Part shown: in pieces, positions 1-6,305 of the stretch
How the letters are laid out: every line of letters starts with the position of its first letter
How positions within the stretch are numbered: the stretch's first letter is position 1
Sequence record: MK234886
Direction: 5' to 3' (one strand)
Source: Escherichia phage AnYang
Length of the DNA: 64,000 bases
Translations under genes and position numbers: made by a program
Notes under the pieces: generated by a model
Told to the model about the DNA's origin: nothing
The model's database searches: none
The model's input: only the letters and a program-made list of their open reading frames with translations

Positions 1-130
1 CGAACATCTGTGCTTTAAAATTATTCCATGAACCTTGGTCGGCAATGAAATCCCAATCAGAATTTTCGATATACTTACTTTCAATCAGACCAGCATGGTG
101 CAGTGCACGAGAACCAATAACTAACATCAT
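1..130 (-). CDS. hypothetical protein, 5' part only (3' end lies beyond window start)
   Basis: ATG at 128-130 (minus) with GAGGAAA RBS upstream; reading frame MMLVIGSRALHHAGLIESKY... stays open to position 1. Confidence 0.4.
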   Translation of the reverse strand, partial: MMLVIGSRALHHAGLIESKYIENSDWDFIADQGSWNNFKAQMF

Positions 131-149
131 AATATTTTCCTCAGTAAAC

Positions 150-389
150 TTAAATTTCGGCAACATAAGTATTATGCAATTCCCACATATCATCGGAATT
201 ACTCTCAACGATAGGAATTATCTCATTAGAGATTTCTTCTGCATAAGGGTCATTGATACAATGGGCATCTTCAAAACGAACACCGTAATCAGACTTCTTA
301 TAAGCAAAGCCATAAATCTTTTTAAACTTGGCACGAGTAATGCGTACCGGTTCATTAGACTTATCGGACATCGGAGCGTAATACCACAT
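150..389 (-). CDS. hypothetical small protein (79 aa)
   Basis: ORF track; GAGGAG RBS 5 nt upstream of ATG; early promoter-like element immediately upstream. Confidence 0.55.
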   Translation of the reverse strand: MWYYAPMSDKSNEPVRITRAKFKKIYGFAYKKSDYGVRFEDAHCINDPYAEEISNEIIPIVESNSDDMWELHNTYVAEI

Positions 390-416
390 ATGTTCTCCTC
401 ATGTTTGTGTAGGGTA

Positions 417-445
417 ATAGTAACACGTATTTTTAGAGTTGTACA
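417..445 (-). promoter_or_regulatory. sigma70-type early promoter (TGTACA-N17-TACTAT, TG-extended) on minus strand
   Basis: hexamers read on minus strand; -10/leader/RBS module near-identical to the one at 56099-56158. Confidence 0.45.
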
Positions 446-762
446 TCACTTCTGCAATATTCTAAAAATAATTTATCGTTGTCTACCGTATCCCAACGAC
501 GCCAAGATGGATTCCAGACCAGAGCGTTGTCACCACAATCATTGAGCTTAAAATGGTCGTAGTACATAGCTATACGTTTAGTCTCGTCGCCAGAGAACCC
601 CAGTATAGGCTCACCGTGGGTATGATACATATGATGGTGCATTGAGAGGTCGCATTTGTAAAACATCTCACGTTTACCACGAACGAACAAGAAGGCTTGC
701 CCATTCATATAGAATTCTTTATCTGTTTTCAAAAGATATTTGAATACTGAATCTTTATGCAT
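433..762 (-). CDS. hypothetical His-rich protein (SMHHHMYHTHGEP); ORF track start 783, start 762 preferred
   Basis: internal ATG at 762 has AGGAGG RBS with 4-5 nt spacer; ATG at 783 has weaker signal. Confidence 0.5.
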   Translation of the reverse strand: MHKDSVFKYLLKTDKEFYMNGQAFLFVRGKREMFYKCDLSMHHHMYHTHGEPILGFSGDETKRIAMYYDHFKLNDCGDNALVWNPSWRRWDTVDNDKLFLEYCRSDVQL

Positions 763-792
763 AAGTCCTCCTATCACATCCATGTGGTTAAA

Positions 793-1020
793 TTATTTTC
801 CTAACGAAACACGAGTAGGTTTTTTACCAAAATAGTCCTCATAAGAACCATCTAAACGACCCGCTTTAGACCGACAATATGAATCGTACTTTTTGTAATA
901 AGTCATCTCAGTATTATAACGTGGGTGTCTATCAGCCATAATAATACTTAGTGGCCAACCTTTGGCATAATCGCGAAGACCATTTATTTTACGAATGTAT
1001 CGTTTTTTCAATTTTAGCAT
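793..1020 (-). CDS. hypothetical basic protein (75 aa)
   Basis: ORF track; start ATG overlaps last codon and stop of upstream paralog E (ATGCTAA), translational coupling. Confidence 0.5.
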   Translation of the reverse strand: MLKLKKRYIRKINGLRDYAKGWPLSIIMADRHPRYNTEMTYYKKYDSYCRSKAGRLDGSYEDYFGKKPTRVSLGK

Positions 1021-1238
1021 GAGCTTGGGTACCAGATTTTACCATCGGAACGAGCAACGAAGGTGCGACCAGCTTCTTCACCATAACAAGAGCTATTCAG
1101 CCAATCTTCGAGACGAACTTCACCGTCATAATCATCGAGCTCAACGCCAAAATCCTGAGCAGAAGCCATATCTTTTACTTTCTTATACAGTGCAGCCAGT
1201 TCAAGTGCAGCTTTTTCTAATTCATTAATATCAGTCAT
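1014..1238 (-). CDS. small acidic protein, paralog E of C-terminal W-x-S-S-Cys family (74 aa; also internal WLNSSC)
   Basis: internal ATG at 1238 with GGTGA RBS overlapping stop of paralog D; ends ...GKIWYPSSC. Confidence 0.6.
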   Translation of the reverse strand: MTDINELEKAALELAALYKKVKDMASAQDFGVELDDYDGEVRLEDWLNSSCYGEEAGRTFVARSDGKIWYPSSC

Positions 1239-1248
1239 TTTTATCACC

Positions 1249-1458
1249 TTAGCAAGACATAGAGGAGCTAAACCAGAAACCTTCACCTTCTGGAATACCG
1301 TAATCATCACGGGCCCATTCGTAATCATCATATTCCGGACTAGAAGCTGGAATATATTCTTCGCCACCAGCGTGGAAGTGTTGACCTGTTTCGTCAGCCA
1401 CGGACTGGCCTTTACGTACTAATTCACGGATTTGTTTTTCAATTTCATCAATAGTCAT
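1249..1458 (-). CDS. small acidic protein, paralog D (69 aa), ends GFWFSSSMSC
   Basis: ORF track; AAGGAAA RBS overlapping stop codon of paralog C. Confidence 0.6.
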   Translation of the reverse strand: MTIDEIEKQIRELVRKGQSVADETGQHFHAGGEEYIPASSPEYDDYEWARDDYGIPEGEGFWFSSSMSC

Positions 1459-1467
1459 TTTATTTCC

Positions 1468-1665
1468 TTAGCATTCGTAAGAGGAGGACACCCAAGAGGT
1501 ACCACTAATAGTAATACAACCGTTATAAAGCGTGATATGTCGTTCTAGGTCACGAACACCATCGATATAGATATCAGCTTCTTCGCGTTCTTCTTTACAA
1601 ATCTGGATAACGTTTTCAATAGCTGCGGCTGCAGTACGGATTGCACAATCTAGTTCACGAGACAT
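1468..1665 (-). CDS. small acidic protein, paralog C (65 aa), ends TSWVSSSYEC
   Basis: ORF track; AAGGAA RBS overlapping stop codon of paralog B. Confidence 0.6.
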   Translation of the reverse strand: MSRELDCAIRTAAAAIENVIQICKEEREEADIYIDGVRDLERHITLYNGCITISGTSWVSSSYEC

Positions 1666-1674
1666 AATAATTCC

Positions 1675-1956
1675 TTAACATTCAGAAGAAGAGGACACCC
1701 ATCCACCATTTTCTAGGCTGGTGGTGTAATCATGTTGGTTTACAATAGCGTACTGAGCTTCACCGTATTCTTCCCAGTGGGCAAGGTCGGCTTTCAGGGC
1801 GCCAGGAGAATAATAGTCACCGCCCATACCGCGAGCAGGGTATATATTAAAATGAGTCTCATATTTGTTAGCAATTTCCTCAGCACGACGAATAGCTTTA
1901 TGAATATCATTTACTGCTTCAGCCAGCTCTTTATTTTTACGGTAATCATTCATCAT
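1675..1956 (-). CDS. small acidic protein, paralog B (93 aa), ends GGWVSSSSEC
   Basis: ORF track; AAGGAAA RBS overlapping stop codon of paralog A; shares KYG/GDY core with paralog A. Confidence 0.6.
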   Translation of the reverse strand: MMNDYRKNKELAEAVNDIHKAIRRAEEIANKYETHFNIYPARGMGGDYYSPGALKADLAHWEEYGEAQYAIVNQHDYTTSLENGGWVSSSSEC

Positions 1957-1965
1957 AGCGTTTCC

Positions 1966-2256
1966 TTAGCACATTGCCGAAGAGGAGACCCAAGCACCGA
2001 CTGTAACGACACCGTTTTCAACTTCACCGCCATTGTTTTCAATTTCATCTTTAAACCACTGGGAGCATTCATAACCGACAGGATAATATGTACGGCCTGA
2101 ACCATAATCACCTGTACCGAATTGGATACCATACTTATCGGCAATAGCTTCACATTCATGTTCGATGGTATTCACTTTATTCAGAAGAGCATAGATAGCC
2201 TTTTCTGCAGATTTCTCATCATTGTGTTCTGGGATTTCAATTTCAATTTTATTCAT
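1966..2256 (-). CDS. small acidic protein, paralog A (96 aa), ends GAWVSSSAMC
   Basis: ORF track; ATGA start/stop overlap with upstream membrane protein gene. Confidence 0.6.
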   Translation of the reverse strand: MNKIEIEIPEHNDEKSAEKAIYALLNKVNTIEHECEAIADKYGIQFGTGDYGSGRTYYPVGYECSQWFKDEIENNGGEVENGVVTVGAWVSSSAMC

Positions 2257-2606
2257 GATTTACATTCCTTAATAAAGGTTTCAAGGTCATTACGATTGGT
2301 TTGTTTTACATACTCATTATAATTAGCCATCGATACAGCATATCTCTTACGGATGGGAGCATTCAAAGCATTTGTATGGCAAATATCATACACTACAGGG
2401 ATAAAATAAGCCACGACAGCCGGAGCGATTATCATATAGAAACCCATCTCAATAGGTGTGACTCCTTCGATTACAGCCATAACCACGGTCATTACCAGGC
2501 CAATTAGGCCGCCAAGCATGGCTGTAACAATCCCTAATAATAAATTGGCACCAATATCATATTCAGCCAATTGATAAACATGTGATGAAAGACTAGGCCG
2601 CTCCAT
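2253..2606 (-). CDS. small membrane protein, two predicted TM helices (117 aa; ORF track start 2780, internal ATG 2606 preferred)
   Basis: hydrophobic stretches GANLLLGIVTAMLGGLIGLVMTVVMAV and GFYMIIAPAVVAYFIPVV; AGAGG RBS before ATG 2606. Confidence 0.45.
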   Translation of the reverse strand: MERPSLSSHVYQLAEYDIGANLLLGIVTAMLGGLIGLVMTVVMAVIEGVTPIEMGFYMIIAPAVVAYFIPVVYDICHTNALNAPIRKRYAVSMANYNEYVKQTNRNDLETFIKECKS

Positions 2607-3135
2607 TTTGAACCTCTTTAGCGTATTCGCGACATTCAGCAATAAAACGATTAAGCTTCCGTTGTTGTTTTCGAATCTCTGATGTATACTCATTAGCCAA
2701 AATAATAAGCTCATCTTTATCGTAATTTTTAATATCCGAATAACTCGGGCGGCGGTCGACCATACCAAAGTGGTCACCATTTTCTAACATCAAATAGCAT
2801 ACTAAATGGTAATCATCGTCAGCATCAACAAGCTGTTTACAATCACTTGGTTCATTTAAAGCGTATACTGAATAGCATAATCCAGCGAATTCCACTCGTT
2901 GAATACCTAGATTTAAGTCAATAATTTCTAAAGCTTCTGCAAAAGAAAGGTCCTCAGCTAAAGCAAAGATAAAAGGTAATTTGCTAGTGTATCCACGGCT
3001 ATTTGTTCGACTTAAGAAATCATTGGAATAACCTAAGTCTTGGCGAATTCTATAAAGAACTGAATTAGTTTCATGGGAAAGACCACTATGCTTAAACCAG
3101 TCAATATTTGATATCAGGTCGTCATATAAACTCAT
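2593..3135 (-). CDS. hypothetical protein (180 aa)
   Basis: ORF track; GGAGAGGAG RBS upstream of ATG. Confidence 0.5.
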   Translation of the reverse strand: MSLYDDLISNIDWFKHSGLSHETNSVLYRIRQDLGYSNDFLSRTNSRGYTSKLPFIFALAEDLSFAEALEIIDLNLGIQRVEFAGLCYSVYALNEPSDCKQLVDADDDYHLVCYLMLENGDHFGMVDRRPSYSDIKNYDKDELIILANEYTSEIRKQQRKLNRFIAECREYAKEVQNGAA

Positions 3136-3158
3136 AATATTCTCCTCTCCTCCAAATA

Positions 3159-3176
3159 GGGAGACCGAAGTCTCCC
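3159..3176 (-). terminator. stem-loop GGGAGAC-UUCG-GUCUCCC (minus strand)
   Basis: perfect 7-bp inverted repeat with UUCG tetraloop directly downstream of 3184-3777 gene; same hairpin at 4674-4689 and 41242-41259. Confidence 0.5.
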
Positions 3177-3183
3177 AGTAACA

Positions 3184-3777
3184 TTACTTAAGTGAATTAA
3201 TGTAGTCGTCGATATCGGCAGAAGTCGTATCCATTCCAACTTGTGGGCCTTTAAACGTTTCTACACGCAGCAGGGTATCTTCAATATCAATCTTAGTCAG
3301 TGCAGCGATTTCAACAACATCATCGGCAGTAGCAATACCAAGGGCAGCCATATTGCGAGTTTCACGGATGTACTCGAGCTTAACGGCCAGTTCCTGACGA
3401 GAGTCATCAAGTTCCTTGACCTTCAGTTTAATTTCATTACGCATTTCGATATAATCATCGGCCTTCTTACGAAGCTGAGTAGCTGTACGACGATAAAGGA
3501 GGCCAAGTTTAGCATGTACCTGGACATCAGCACCTTCGGCAATCAGTTTACGAATTTCACGTTCTTTAGAAGCGGCAAGCTGGTCTTTTTCATTAGCCAA
3601 CGCACGAATACGTTTTTCTTCATTCACAGACTTAACATGAGCGGTCTGGAGTTCAGTAATTTTATCAATCAGGGTAGAAGCAGCTTTGGTGTATTGGTCT
3701 TCGATTGACAGGTTCTGAGCCATTGCAGTACCCAGTTTAGAACGGATGAATTCAACGATTTTCTTTAAAGTGTTCAT
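3184..3777 (-). CDS. hypothetical coiled-coil protein (197 aa)
   Basis: ORF track; AAGGAAA RBS; heptad-rich charged sequence. Confidence 0.55.
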   Translation of the reverse strand: MNTLKKIVEFIRSKLGTAMAQNLSIEDQYTKAASTLIDKITELQTAHVKSVNEEKRIRALANEKDQLAASKEREIRKLIAEGADVQVHAKLGLLYRRTATQLRKKADDYIEMRNEIKLKVKELDDSRQELAVKLEYIRETRNMAALGIATADDVVEIAALTKIDIEDTLLRVETFKGPQVGMDTTSADIDDYINSLK

Positions 3778-3819
3778 AGTATTTCCTTCAGTTGATTAAG
3801 ATTTATAATCCATGAGGAC

Positions 3820-3848
3820 ATTATACCCTGTCCTCTGAGGTTTGTAAA
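3820..3848 (-). promoter_or_regulatory. sigma70-type early promoter TTTACA-N17-TATAAT with overlapping stem-loop GAGGACA...TGTCCTC
   Basis: hexamers and inverted repeat read on minus strand upstream of 3184-3777 gene. Confidence 0.5.
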
Positions 3849-3852
3849 TATT

Positions 3853-4251
3853 TTATTTCATTTTTGCGAGGCAAATTTCATTGGCTTCCCATTGAGCTTG
3901 CTTAATAATAGCTTTGGATACAGGAACCCTTTGGCCATAAGTTTTTGACGTTGAGAGAACAATATGTTTGTTTGCTTCATTATGCCAGCCCCATGATTTT
4001 TCGCCATGAGTACCTTTAACTACAGCTGACACCTCAACAGAGCAACCACCATCAGAAATCTTGGTTTCGACAATCCATTCATTTCTTTCGACGGCTTCAA
4101 GTTCTAATCTAGTTTTTTCTTCATACATAGCGGCCCAATCAGTTTTTGCCAAGTTGAAAGTAAGAGCTTTCTCCAATTCTTTGGCAGCTTTTTGTTGTTC
4201 AGGCGTTAATGAATTATACAACTCTTGCATTTCTTTATCTTCGATATTCAT
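3853..4251 (-). CDS. hypothetical protein (132 aa)
   Basis: ORF track; GAGGAG RBS. Confidence 0.5.
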   Translation of the reverse strand: MNIEDKEMQELYNSLTPEQQKAAKELEKALTFNLAKTDWAAMYEEKTRLELEAVERNEWIVETKISDGGCSVEVSAVVKGTHGEKSWGWHNEANKHIVLSTSKTYGQRVPVSKAIIKQAQWEANEICLAKMK

Positions 4252-4276
4252 TATGTTCTCCTCAAATTACGGGCTC

Positions 4277-4306
4277 ATAATATCTTAATCATGAGCCCGT
4301 GTAAAC
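4277..4306 (-). promoter_or_regulatory. early promoter GTTTACA-N17-TATTAT with stem-loop CGGGCTCAT...ATGAGCCCG
   Basis: read on minus strand upstream of 3853-4251 gene. Confidence 0.45.
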
Positions 4307-4308
4307 AA

Positions 4309-4572
4309 TTATTTCATATTATTGAAATAATCTTCCGCATCAAAATCGTTATCATGATAAACTTTGGTAGACAATTTAGCATAACCTTCAGCTGAGAACA
4401 TATTAATCACAACCTTAATTGTATACCATTGTCCATCATCATTACCCATTACTGCGTAAGTTTCAAATATAGGATGGTCATCACCTATAACCTTAATATC
4501 GTTAACAGTAGCACCAAATTCTTCAGGAACGCATTTCATAAAGAAATTAAACAATTCACCATAATTATCCAT
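4309..4572 (-). CDS. hypothetical protein (87 aa; ORF track start 4587 is GTG, ATG at 4572 preferred)
   Basis: AAGGAGAG RBS upstream of ATG 4572. Confidence 0.5.
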   Translation of the reverse strand: MDNYGELFNFFMKCVPEEFGATVNDIKVIGDDHPIFETYAVMGNDDGQWYTIKVVINMFSAEGYAKLSTKVYHDNDFDAEDYFNNMK

Positions 4573-4607
4573 TTTACTCTCCTTCACTCTGTTGTTTTGA
4601 TAGGTCT

Positions 4608-4636
4608 ATAGTATCATGTTTAAAGGAGGTGTAAAC
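4608..4636 (-). promoter_or_regulatory. early promoter GTTTAC-N17-TACTAT (TG-extended)
   Basis: read on minus strand; member of repeated TGATACTATAGRCCTATCAAAAC module. Confidence 0.5.
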
Positions 4637-4673
4637 AACTTTGTGAAATTATTTTTAGTCTAACCCCCAAAAA

Positions 4674-4689
4674 GGAGACCGAAGTCTCC
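4674..4689 (-). terminator. rho-independent terminator GGAGAC-UUCG-GUCUCC + U-run (minus strand)
   Basis: hairpin followed by TTTTTGGGGG on minus strand, downstream of 4695-5303 gene. Confidence 0.55.
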
Positions 4690-4694
4690 TTTCA

Positions 4695-5303
4695 TTATTT
4701 ACGAGTCTTTTCGAACTGGGCTGCGTCACCTGCAAGGCGGCCGGCTTGGCGAAGTTTGTTATTGATTTCTTCGCGCATAGGCTGGGTATACTTAAGGCCT
4801 TCAACCGTCAGATAGAGACGATACAGGTCTGGGGTATCCAGGTTGTTAATGTGTTGACCATTACGAAGAGCGTTGAATTCACGAACAAGGTGTTTAGTTT
4901 CAGATTCGATTTCAGAAACTAAAGAAGCCAGTTGGTTATATTTTTTAACTATAGTGCTGGTGTCAAACTTGATTTTAGGTTTAGGAGCTTCTTTTACAGG
5001 TTCTGGTTTAGGCGTCGGTTTCGGTGTTGCAACTTTGGGCTGAGCCGCAGGTTTAGCAACAGGAGCTTTAGTAGGTTTAGTAGCGCCACCAGCTACGATA
5101 TCTTTAAAAGCTTTGGAAGCTTTGTAATATTCTTTCTGGTTACTGGTGTCGAGCCCATACATATCATAGACGTTTTTAAAGAATTCGGTGGTGGTTTTAG
5201 TCCCAGAAATTTTATCATAAGCTGCTTGCCACATATCTTTAGTCATGCGAACGCCGGCTTCACTCAGAATGCTTTCGTTCAAAAATTCATTGTAAGTTTT
5301 CAT
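4695..5303 (-). CDS. internal-protein-like (IPIII-like) packaged protein with N-terminal capsid-targeting-type leader MKTYNEFLNES and Lys/Pro-rich centre
   Basis: leader resembles T4 IP CTS MKTYQEFIAE; late promoter TATAAATA upstream; 202 aa. Confidence 0.55.
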   Translation of the reverse strand: MKTYNEFLNESILSEAGVRMTKDMWQAAYDKISGTKTTTEFFKNVYDMYGLDTSNQKEYYKASKAFKDIVAGGATKPTKAPVAKPAAQPKVATPKPTPKPEPVKEAPKPKIKFDTSTIVKKYNQLASLVSEIESETKHLVREFNALRNGQHINNLDTPDLYRLYLTVEGLKYTQPMREEINNKLRQAGRLAGDAAQFEKTRK

Positions 5304-5331
5304 TGGTATTTCCTAAGTTAATTAACTTATC

Positions 5332-5339
5332 TATTTATA
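5332..5339 (-). promoter_or_regulatory. T4-type late promoter TATAAATA (minus strand)
   Basis: exact TATAAATA about 30 nt upstream of ATG 5303, leader AACTTAGGAAATA. Confidence 0.55.
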
Positions 5340-5345
5340 CAAAAA

Positions 5346-5365
5346 GCCCAACCTTTCGGAAGGGC
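5346..5365 (-). terminator. hairpin GCCCUUCCGAAAGGUUGGGC + U-run (minus strand)
   Basis: inverted repeat followed by TTTTTG on minus strand, downstream of 5372-5926 gene. Confidence 0.5.
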
Positions 5366-5371
5366 TGTAAA

Positions 5372-5926
5372 TCAGTTCTTATAGAATCGGAACGGGTTTA
5401 CGTGGAAGGCTAACATAGCCTTAGGGATTTTACGAGACAAAAGACTCTTAAGTTTCCAACCACAGTACACGCGAAGGTAAAAGGTAATACCTCCAACCTT
5501 AAGATAAGGAACCGAAGCAAAAACTCCCCATGCGTCATCATTCCACATCCATAGCCACCCGTGATGAGCTTTATCAGGGGAACCTGATTCCACATCAGGA
5601 TTACCGCGATAATGGAATTCTGAGCTACAATCACGTCCGAGTTTATGGTAAGCAAAGTTATAAGCTTTATTTCGCCATAGCCAAGCTACTCTCTGGAGAT
5701 AAACGCCAAAAGGTAGTTTTCTGATTTTAGCCCAACGTTTAATGTGACCTTTATCACCGTCAATTGGATTATCGTATGTCATCATCCAATCAAAGCCATA
5801 TGGTAATTTACCGGTCTTTTTATTGTGGAAAGGGACTACAAAAGGTGCAAGGATAACAGCCAGAACCATAGAGATAAAATCTAGAGGGACCAACAGAACC
5901 CAACTCAAATATTTTAAAAGTTTCAT
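5372..5926 (-). CDS. hypothetical membrane-anchored Trp-rich protein (184 aa), late-expressed
   Basis: N-terminal hydrophobic helix WVLLVPLDFISMVLAVILAPFVV; TATAAATA late promoter and AGGAAA RBS upstream. Confidence 0.55.
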   Translation of the reverse strand: MKLLKYLSWVLLVPLDFISMVLAVILAPFVVPFHNKKTGKLPYGFDWMMTYDNPIDGDKGHIKRWAKIRKLPFGVYLQRVAWLWRNKAYNFAYHKLGRDCSSEFHYRGNPDVESGSPDKAHHGWLWMWNDDAWGVFASVPYLKVGGITFYLRVYCGWKLKSLLSRKIPKAMLAFHVNPFRFYKN

Positions 5927-5952
5927 ATTATTTCCTAAGTTAGTTTACTACA

Positions 5953-5960
5953 TATTTATA
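5953..5960 (-). promoter_or_regulatory. T4-type late promoter TATAAATA (minus strand)
   Basis: exact TATAAATA about 27 nt upstream of ATG 5926. Confidence 0.55.
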
Positions 5961-5967
5961 CAAAAAA

Positions 5968-5989
5968 GGCCCGACCTTTCGGAAGGGCC
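5968..5989 (-). terminator. hairpin GGCCCUUCCGAAAGGUCGGGCC + U-run (minus strand)
   Basis: inverted repeat followed by TTTTTTG; third copy of same element at 47703-47725. Confidence 0.5.
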
Positions 5990-5995
5990 TTTAAC

Positions 5996-6225
5996 CTAGG
6001 GTAACCTTGTCGGGGTTCCACCTGCTAGGCAAGTGTTCGGTGCGCCGTTTCAGCTGTGATATAAGGGACTTTAAGAGGAACTCATGTACGCCTTAAAGTC
6101 GGGTCTTATTCAGGGAACTTCAGTCCGACGACTTACCGGTAGCGACCCGGTTTCTTGTTTGTTGCGCCGGTGAATGCTGGTAATCAGTCTTCATACGACG
6201 GCTTGACTATATAATAGTCTTCATT
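5996..6225 (-). ncRNA. candidate small stable RNA(s) adjacent to tRNA-Arg (positional analogue of T4 RNA C/D)
   Basis: 230 nt with no ORF over 25 codons and no RBS, between tRNA-Arg and a terminator; no canonical tRNA T-loop found. Confidence 0.25.
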
Positions 6226-6300
6226 TGGTATCCCGCCCTGGGATCGAACCAGGACCGCAAACTTAGAAGGATCGTATGCTATCCATTACACCAGCGGGAC
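6226..6300 (-). tRNA. tRNA-Arg (anticodon UCU), CCA encoded
   Basis: 75 nt cloverleaf read on minus strand: 7-bp acceptor stem, T-arm CCUGG-UUCGAUC-CCAGG, anticodon loop CUUCUAA. Confidence 0.85.
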
Positions 6301-6305
6301 GTAAT

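Noticed and set aside
45-545. 166 aa plus-strand ORF at window start
   Set aside because: Overlaps three minus-strand genes that have RBSs and promoters; no RBS of its own.
1014-2256. Possibility that the conserved C-terminal motif is only an RNA/RBS constraint (CCUCCUCU anti-SD-like tract pairing with the downstream SD)
   Set aside because: Ser positions are conserved across TCN and AGC codon families and the Trp and Cys are invariant, favouring protein-level selection; the RNA hypothesis remains a secondary contributor.
5996-6225. Additional tRNA genes in the tRNA-Arg-adjacent spacer
   Set aside because: No acceptor-stem/T-loop combination found by eye on either strand; called candidate ncRNA instead.
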